Assembly: GCA_965644295.1 (NCBI GenBank)
Contig: CBFFRP010000344.1
Coordinates: 1-24,329 of the forward strand
Source: Paraphysomonas bandaiensis
Lineage: Eukaryota; Protista; Chrysophyceae
Length of the DNA stretch: 24,329 bases
Direction of reading: 5' to 3'
The position numbers and the translations under genes are program-made. The notes below the pieces were generated by a model, which searched no databases, was not told where the DNA came from, and saw nothing but the letters and a program-made list of their open reading frames with translations. Every line of letters starts with the position of its first letter. Position 1 is the stretch's first letter. This document shows positions 9,342-18,045 of this stretch, one piece after another.

Positions 9342-10975
9342 TTATCTCGTGGCTAGTACAGTAGCACCGCTTGATGTGTTCATTGCAACTTGTCCACCAG
9401 CTTTCATCAACATTAGCTCAGAGAGCATCTCTGCTCTTGTAACACTGCCCGTGGATGCCCGAGAGCTCAATATCTCGTCACACAATAGCATGGTCTGAAC
9501 ATCCTTGTTATCAGAAGGCGTGATAAGCATATGATCATTGCTGGAAAGAGATGAAAAGACTTTAAGCTTTCGAAGGTTTGTCTCATGAATATTGTACTCT
9601 TTGAGTAATGGAGCGATTGTTCCTTCTGCATCGGCAGTGATCTCCATGGCCTTTGCATCGTTCCTCTCAACCTCCAGTTTTGCTTCCGATAATTTTTCGA
9701 CGCAATATAAGTCTGCTTCAGCCTGAATTGCCGCTGCCTTTGCTTTACTCTGCGCAGCAAGTTCTGAAGTGATCCTATTTCTTTCCTGAACCAACATGGT
9801 AACTTCCAAGTCTGCTTCTGCATCAATAGATTGCAACAGAACTTGATTTTCTTCGACCATTAATCGAAGTTTCTTGTCCTCTTGTGCTTTCATGGATTTA
9901 AGATTAACTGCCACCTCGTTTCTTTTTTGTTCACCGTCTTGCTTTTCTTTTAGTCGATCTTCCTCAAAGGACTGAGTCATTAGTTTCAGGTCCTCACTGA
10001 AGTTAAGCTGCGAAAACAGTTAAACAAAACACAAAATTCAAGTAAACGGAACGTACATCTTGCATTTCAAACTGCTGAGTCATTATTTCCTGTGCGTTGC
10101 TCGAAATGACCAAAGTCTTGTTTGTCATCTGTTGAACAATCTCTGTAGGAAGCTGAACATCAGTTATCATGACATCCGTGATCTGTACTCCCTGGGGCTG
10201 GAACTGCCTGTTGAGCAACTTGATCATTCGTGCAGTCGCTCCTTCTCCCTTGAACACAGCCCGGGAAGCCTGTGTCTCATCCCCAGCGTCATGTTCACCA
10301 ACCAATAGAGTTGAAGACTGATCTGTACTCGCCATTTCAACCCCGACTTCGTCCGTTTCGAAGTGTCCTCCATCATCGACAACGTATTCGACAGTACTTC
10401 CGCGAACAGTAAGGTTACGTAGCCCATACACTTCTCTGTGCTTCATACTACGAGCAAGCATGCGACATGCTTCATCAATCGCATCAGTCAGTTGCTGCTG
10501 CAGCCCACGTGGGCTGACCTCATGCACGAACTTACGGACTAAATTAGGGTCCTCGTTCTTGTCGGCATTTCCCATTATACGAAACACACAAGCGATGTCT
10601 ATTTGAATGGTGACGTTATCAAGGGATTTACACCCTTTGCACGGAGTATCAAATACAAGATATCCTTTTCTCACTAGATGAGACACTTTTTTCCATGGCA
10701 TCCCAAAATGATATCCCGGACCCCACACCTGTAAGAGTACATATATATGAGCCAACGGACATTCCTATACGCTAAATACTTACGCAAGATCCAGTGGCAG
10801 GGTCATTTATTTCAGCTCCATTACTAGTAACAAGTGCATAGAATCCCTCAGGTACTGTAAACCATGGGTTACAGTTTCTGCCTGGAGTTGCAACAAGTAA
10901 CTCTGGATTGGCTCCAAACTCCTCAGCAGCATTTAAAGTGGATGATATGGCGGCTTGCTGAAGATTATCTGGCAT
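9342..10975 (-). CDS. SPFH/band-7 (stomatin/prohibitin/flotillin) domain protein, ~509 aa; exons 10975-10784, 10728-10057, 10007-9342
   Basis: Two phase-0 GT-AG introns (55 and 49 nt) join three ORFs. SPFH-type motifs: FTVPEGFYALV, WGPGYHF, CKSLDNVTIQIDIACVFRI, LNRQFQPQGVQITDVMITDVQLP. The C-terminus is an Ala/Glu-rich coiled coil (AKAAAIQAEAD...ADAEG). Confidence 0.85.
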
Positions 10976-12317
10976 GATATTGCAATGATTTCGCTTCTGT
11001 TATGAGTAGGATAAGGGTATTAATGAGGAGGTGTGATATGTTTGCAAGATAAGCTATGAGATGCTCAGTTCTGTACTTAACTCTCCATCTATGCCACATA
11101 CACAATAGAACTATAGCATACGTACTGTACGTACAGCAGCAGTGTGTGTGTATGTATGGGGGAATTTTGGCGATAAGACTGCTGCGTAGTCAGGTATATA
11201 CATACTATACAGGGACTACCGCACTGTATATATCATATTTTGGCGATAATATGAGCTGTTTCTACAGCAGTATACAGCTGTATAAACTAATTGGGATAAC
11301 AAGACGCACGTTGGTTCATTCAGTGGATTTTTGCACTGGATTTTTATCTACTGTATGAAAATCATGCAAACGTTGTATAAAATCGAAGCACAAAACTAAA
11401 TTCTCTGGATTTTTCCTGCAGATGAGCATATTTTGGCAAGAAATCTGGCGCTTTTTTGGCCTACGACCCAAAAGTCCAGACAGTTACTGTCAGGCAGTAT
11501 CTTAAAGCCGTTCAGATCTTCACAGAGCTATTCGTACTGTTCTCTAAACACAGGATATAGGTATCTTATCATATATCTGATATTTCGTTGCACAGATATT
11601 GCATTGTTCGTTCTTAACGAAGCCTTTACTGTTATGAGTCACTCTTACTATAGAATTATAATCTATCCACATGAGTGCCGTACAGCTCATATGATAACAT
11701 ACAGTGAAATACACACACAAACCAAGCAACACACACAAGTTTAACATTAGATTTCAAAGAAGACTATGACAAGACGGAATAATACAAGGCCTGTGCAATG
11801 ATAAGGAAAACATCTCAAGTTTTAGCATGTAGTGCAATTTAAGACATATCGCGTAAGCAGTAGGAAAATAAATGGAAAATAAATGGAGAATAAATTAAAA
11901 TTTGTTGATGTACGTTTACTTATAAAAGTAAAGTTTCACCTAGTTGTCAGTAATTTACTACCTCCCATCGCCTTATACTGACCGGCTTTATGCTAATTTT
12001 GTGTCAATTAGTAACACGTGGACTCATTACAAGGACTAAAATACTAAGCGCGAACTCTAGTGCTTCTGACCGAGAATTGAATAAACACATCTACATATAT
12101 GCCTATATGCAAGCTATTTCAATGAATATTAGAAGTGTACAGTGTACAGCAGCTAAAAGCACACATCTGTTGCATTATTAATACTACATATAACGGCAAA
12201 GACCCTACTCCTAATTTATATTACGCATCATAGCACCCGCACTAGCAGTATCTATTGACCGGTCAAAGAGCTACCACCATCAATCGCACACCAAGTGCAG
12301 AATGATCAGTATATCTA

Positions 12318-15081
12318 CTATGAAAATGCAGCAATAGCTATAGCCGAGACAACAACAGCTGTCAAAGCCAAGGCCTCAAGCACTCTAGCTGTCCACTTCT
12401 CCCTCGAGTAGTTGTACACGGCGTATTTTCGCAGAATATCAACAGAGAATATGTGCTCTGCAGATAGCCCAAGAACCTCAATCCACTCCCAGTCACCAGC
12501 AACTATATGATCACCACTACTTTCTGCACTAGCTCCAATTTCCATTTTCTGCATCGACGTTGGCGCTAGACGGGATGCGCTTCCCTGCACTCATGCGTTA
12601 ATCAACAGGTAGAGAAAATGCCATTGTATACAGCGCATTCCTCATAATTAATTATCCCTATGTGGTAACACAGAGTTTCATTTGACATACCTCGCTACAT
12701 CGGGATTTTGCAGCCTCAAGCTCTAATTCCCCTCTTCTCTCTGGACTGACGGGAGCAGATCCAAACTTCTCTATGTGCTCCCACTCTAATCTAAAAAATC
12801 CCCATACCATCCTACGCACTATTTCGGCAGCAGCCATTACAGTCTGGAAGTTTCGGAAGATGTAATTATAAAGGACAGAATACCTATAGCATCCATGTTA
12901 GCCAAAAATAAGCATATATAATATGTATCATACCGCTGCAGATCTTGTGGAAGGAGTGTTATAGCCCAAGAAAATCTGAGAAGGAAATTGCAGCAGACTA
13001 CTGCGACGTACCACCCAGTACTGCATATAGACCTCTCTTTTCTAATGTATATACCTTTGGACACGGAATATCTTACAAGCCCCCAGTCCATCGTTATATC
13101 CCAGAAAAATTGATAGCATGTGGCGAATAGAAGGCCTAGAATCCAGACTGGGTTGTGTTGAATGGTTGGTCGGAACACCGCAAAAGAAAATACCACCATG
13201 GCGGAGCAGTACTTTAGGGCGTTAAAGTAATGTGGCCATCTTTGACCTGTCTCCACAGATCGACGAAGACATTGCATAAACCGGATCCACAGAGGGAATA
13301 TTGTCAAGAAGGGGATTAGTATGAAGCGATACAGAGTGGAGTACTTCCACGAGGGCGTGTGTACTGACTCAGCAGCATTGATATGGTTAGATATCCACCA
13401 GTACGCAGTCATTGCCAGATATATTAGAGAAAAAGATAAACTAATTGAGACTCTCACAAGAGATGTGAGTAAATCACCTGCACATTTCGCGCATGAATAA
13501 GAGACAATACATACATGAAATTCGTATACTTACCAATATAGCCATCCCTGAATATTACCGGGTGAGCAGGAGCAGTGAGCACATCCCCCAACATACGCAA
13601 GTACGTCGCCCTAGACTTGAGCGGAGAGAAGAAGCGTACAATGTAAACGACTAACAGCAGTGAAGGCAGAGCATGAGCCGCAGCAGGTTCTCCGTGCAGT
13701 GAGAAAGACCCTCGTAGAGCCTTGTTAAATAGGATAAAGCACACCAAGTAGGCGAGGGTCAGATCTGTAGTTGACTGAATGACAATGTCCTCTGCAGCCT
13801 CTGGAGAGTGAACGGCCGCCTGTGCTACATCGGTACCCCCCAAAGACAGAAGGGTAATGTAATCGATACCAGAAGTTCGCCACACCCGCATACTTACGCC
13901 CCACATCAGCAACAGCAGTGTAAGGTCCCCAAGGCATATAAATATTGAAAATGTAGGATCCTGTGAATAGTTGATAATAGTTAGCATAGCCACATCATGA
14001 TGGCTATGTCGGCACTTACTTCCCAAATATCTCTACCGAGGCGCTCGTTGTTCATACACTCTGAGACAGCCCACAAGAGAAGTATTACGACCATACCGCG
14101 CTTGAATGAGGACCAATCTAGTCCACTGCGACTAGACTTCGATCTCTGGTTGTTAAAATATAAGACATTCACGCATGAAGAAGACAAAATAACTCACATA
14201 TTGAGATAATCTACATTCTGCAAGATCTATACTGCCTCGCATATACCCCTCTGCCACCGCCTCCTTCACCCGCTTTAACAAATCCCGCTCCTGCGCCATA
14301 TCGCAGCATATTATTACGCATAATATGAAGCAGAACCGTGCGACATAAGAAAAAAAGAAGAGCTACCTACCTCAGCAGTGTCTAGGAACCGGTGCGCCGT
14401 TAAGTCGATAAGGTATGGTTGAACAACCATTCGCACACGTGCTCTGGCGTTTGCAATACTACATTCCTCCGCTAATTCCGTCAAGAGTGCTGCACACAAA
14501 AGTTATAACGTACCACGCCCACATATTTACAGTTAAAACACTACACTCTATACTAAATTTCACATACCTGTGTACTTAGCAAGAATTTCATCGATGAGCT
14601 CCATTGCATGTAACTTTATAGTTAGTATTTCATATACTTCATTGTGGAGTTTCTGAAGAGGAGGATGCATTTCCCTTTTTGTTTGAACTATAACACTACT
14701 ATTGTCAATAGTGGGTCGGTTTTCAGATGGAGCTGCAGGCAATGTGTCCCATGAGATATCAGCAACGACTTCCTTTGCAATGTCATCTCTCTCTTTGTCA
14801 CGCACTGCACTCACAGCTGTCACCATGCCATGCTGCAGTCTATCGTATTTCTCCCGTAACAGAATTAAAGTTGCCTGCTGATTAATAAGTCCAGTATTGA
14901 GCGTATCGGTGATGGCCTGACACATACGGCGAAGTCCAGGGATGTTACTATCACCGAAGCTCTCATCAGTGTCTACTTTAGCAAGACTCAGTGCGTCATA
15001 TCTGTCCATATGCTTCCCATCACACAACTGTTTGAATATCTGATCAAGTGTAATAGCAGTCTTTTCTACTGTAGATGACAT
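12318..15081 (-). CDS. XPR1/SYG1/PHO1-type SPX-EXS phosphate exporter homolog, ~760 aa, with a degenerate SPX domain; exons 15081-14568, 14489-14371, 14290-14198, 14145-14020, 13960-13534, 13477-12934, 12883-12691, 12584-12318
   Basis: GT-AG splicing gives one open frame (2283 nt). EXS motifs: FRDGYIGDLLTSLVR, PLWIRFMQCLRR, HYFNALKY, FWDITMDWGL, LRFSW, EIVRRMVWGFFRLEWEHI. The linker VKEAVAEGYMRGSIDLAECRL...WSSFKRG resembles the XPR1 SPX-to-TM linker. The last intron (106 nt) is the least certain. Confidence 0.88.
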
Positions 15082-16558
15082 GACGATATGCGGGTGATAA
15101 CACGAGAGTTAGTTGAGCTGTAGTGGTGTTAGTTATGTATGTCACTGTGTGTATGTATATATACGTTAACTACAGCATTAATAAGATATGAGAGCAATGG
15201 CACGAGTGAGACACTAGCACTGTGACTGTGACTGTCTACAGACGTGCTATCTATGATGTAATGCTGCTCGAGTCACCTAAATAAGATGCTCTTGGTTATA
15301 TGTGGCATGCTCCGCATAGAACTGTATATGGAGGCGCTCTGTACTATACACACAGCTGTCGTATGCGTACTGCTGTACAGAGCAGCCCATATACATATAT
15401 ATGGAGAGGATACATACAGACGAGTCCAGTAGTACACAACACACACCACACCACACATACATGCACTGTATCTCCGTCCACTCCTATCCATGTGGTATAA
15501 GCAAGCAATTTTAACCTATTTTTTAATATAGAAATATTAAAAAAGTGGCTTTTTAGTAAAAAACCACCTTTTCTTTGCACTTGCGAGATAGTCGCAGCCA
15601 GAAGATACTCGTAGCTGCCTGCCTGCCTGCTGTGCAGCAGTTGAGTCGTAGCTACTTCTATTGGAGCGATGTATGCAAGCAAAGAGATCGAGATAGAGAA
15701 GTAGGACTATAGGTGGGTGAGGTGGGTGGGATTTCATGTGATGGTGTGAACAGATCCTAGTTTTCTAGTATATATGCTGGTGATCCGGATCATTGCTACT
15801 CATATATACATATGATGGACGAAGTAGACTTGCAATGGAATCAATATAATTATCAGACAATGGATTCAGTGGTATTGCATCTCGTTATTTAGGGACAAAT
15901 GGAAAGGAATGTAATGGAAGAGTCAAATAAATGAATGTCCACATTAACATGATACTCAATCAGTCTGACATTCGAGTTGATGCACTGTGACAGTGCCTGC
16001 TCATACTTATCATAAATACAAATCCACTTTTCTAATAGCCACATAGCCGTCCAGACTGATGGCACTCTTTCATTCCTTAAAGTACATAACACCCCTTCTT
16101 TTCTTGACACCAATGTTATACTTGTATGAGGCAATAGTATTTACAAAGGCAGGGTTCTAGATTATATTCTTTGTCACATATATGTGTTGCGCATTGCGCA
16201 ATATATTGAAAATTTTATTGATACATTCTTAACTGTGCAAACTCTATGTATTATGTATTAAGTTTGCAGAGAGAGTTACTAGCTTCATGGGTTTTACCGT
16301 ACTTTCGTTTATGACCTACTGTAAGTTGTGAGATATGGCAACTTACTTAATAGGATGAAGCCTGCCTTCTAGTATATACCTCACAGTTCACAGATTTAGA
16401 CAAATCAAGTTATTGATGATAATTAAAACAGCTAATTTATTACTGTATGTATTCACACATAACTCTAATAGTTAATAATAGACTAGTATGTATCTTAAAA
16501 ATTAAAAAACCTATACTGTCCGTAAATAAGCTTTCGAATTTATGTAAAACACTATTCT

Positions 16559-17707
16559 CTATTCTATGCCCTCGGTAACTATTTTTATGGACCACCCGAA
16601 TATTTTTTCAAACAAACACAATGAGGGTATAAACACCCGTTTAGTGTTATCTATAATTCGCTTGTCGTCAAAAGTGTACGGCGGATGAATTTGCGTGGCG
16701 ATCCCAGCATTGGTTCTGGCATTATGGAGTGCTGGATCAGTATTTTTCTGGACAATCCCAAATCCGTTTGAGTCCACACTGTCCGACAAAGCTAGTACGG
16801 CGTTCTTCGAAACTGAAAGAAGGGTTCGATTTGCATAGTTATGGTGATGTAGACCCATGAAATCCTCAAGTTTTCGCATTGTTTCGTTCGGGTGATTCTC
16901 AAGATCGTAATGATCGATGACGTGAATGCTACGCATGCTAAACACTGTTAGCCAGTTCAATATTATTTCCGCGTAGAGATAGTCATTTACTCTAGCAAGG
17001 TGATACACAGCCCTACGACTCGTACGAATATTGTCCTTATACTGATGACTGATCATTTTGCTCTGCATGCGTTGTATAAGGGAAGTGTACTCCTGTGGAT
17101 CATTGTTGCGCTTTACCATTGCCATCCAGGAACCTAGACGCTGCCAAGGATCCCGAACCATAAACACCACTTTCGTTCTAGGGCTATAGTGCTTTATATA
17201 AACAGCAGCATTGAAATCCCGGAACACTCCACTCGAACAATCCATCCAATAATGTCCCTTCAGACTTCGTTTGTTATCAGATACTTTCCGTTCCAGAGAT
17301 TCCCATGAAAAAACATGGTACTTGGAGAAGATATTGATTTCCTTCTTTCTATAAGTCTTTATATCAGGGTGTGTGGATAGCTTCCTACATATCGCTGTAG
17401 TGCCACACTTGGACACCCCGACTACGATCACTGCAGGCAGACACCATGTGCATGATTCCCCTTTACGAGAGAGAGACTGACATGGCCATGTATAACATGG
17501 AATACCTGATATATTATCGATACAACGAGATGCGTTAATATCCTCAAGATTAGAGAATACATGAGCGATAGTGGACGATTTGTTTCGACGAGGCTCCGGG
17601 AGGGTTGGGATGTGATAGTGTTTACTGCATTTAAGGGAACTGGATGTGAGGTGAAGGATATAGGGGGCTATGAACAGGTATATGCATATCCTGGACAGAT
17701 ATCTCAT
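16559..17707 (-). CDS. PAPS-dependent sulfotransferase, heparan-sulfate 3-O/N-sulfotransferase-like fold, ~382 aa, intronless, probable type II membrane/Golgi protein
   Basis: 5'-PSB loop VVGVSKCGTTAI, KKEINIF, and 3'-PB motif MVRDPWQRLGSW. The N-terminus MRYLSRICIYLFIAPYILHL is hydrophobic. The track's start at 17746 is a GTG; the first in-frame ATG is at 17707. Confidence 0.85.
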   Translation of the reverse strand: MRYLSRICIYLFIAPYILHLTSSSLKCSKHYHIPTLPEPRRNKSSTIAHVFSNLEDINASRCIDNISGIPCYTWPCQSLSRKGESCTWCLPAVIVVGVSKCGTTAICRKLSTHPDIKTYRKKEINIFSKYHVFSWESLERKVSDNKRSLKGHYWMDCSSGVFRDFNAAVYIKHYSPRTKVVFMVRDPWQRLGSWMAMVKRNNDPQEYTSLIQRMQSKMISHQYKDNIRTSRRAVYHLARVNDYLYAEIILNWLTVFSMRSIHVIDHYDLENHPNETMRKLEDFMGLHHHNYANRTLLSVSKNAVLALSDSVDSNGFGIVQKNTDPALHNARTNAGIATQIHPPYTFDDKRIIDNTKRVFIPSLCLFEKIFGWSIKIVTEGIE

Positions 17708-18045
17708 CACAACAAGTATGCATAGAGCCCTGTGACCCACTCCCACATATAGCCTGAGGAAGGAGTGAGATACTCTGCCCAGTCATTATGTATGTATGTA
17801 TGTATGTATGTATGTATGTATGTATGTATGTATGTATGTATGTATGTATGTATGTATGTATGTATGTATGTATGTATGTATGTATGTATGTATGTATGTA
17901 TGTATGTATGTATGTATGTATGTATGTATGTATGTATGTATGTATGTATGTATGTATGTATATATGTGTGTGTATAGGTACGAGTAGAGGGGTACGGTGT
18001 TGAGAGGTGTTCGATGTGCTGTGGATTTTAAGTTAATTCGCTTCT
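17708..18045. promoter_or_regulatory. Putative compact bidirectional promoter/5'UTR region shared by the sulfotransferase (-) and TTI1 (+)
   Basis: Head-to-head start codons only 338 bp apart. Positional inference only. Confidence 0.5.
17787..17961. repeat. Perfect (TATG)43 microsatellite
   Basis: Uninterrupted tatg units from 17787 to 17958 plus a partial unit. Confidence 0.98.

Noticed and set aside
11863-11895. Three copies of ggaaaataaat (similarly tataatacag x3 near 1862-1890)
   Set aside because: Ordinary short slippage repeats with no further structure.
11056-12181. Intergenic ORFs of 60-103 aa
   Set aside because: Composition is low-complexity or random-like, some use non-ATG starts, and I found no motifs or coherent splice chain.
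14560-15081. Stand-alone 173-aa hypothetical gene
   Set aside because: It splices in frame into the EXS gene as exon 1.
15273-16134. Cluster of short ORFs and small hairpins (e.g. ~15541-15571)
   Set aside because: No recognisable protein features. AT-rich imperfect hairpins are expected by chance.
17765-18003. ORFs made of MYVC repeats
   Set aside because: They are translations of the (TATG)n microsatellite, not genes.
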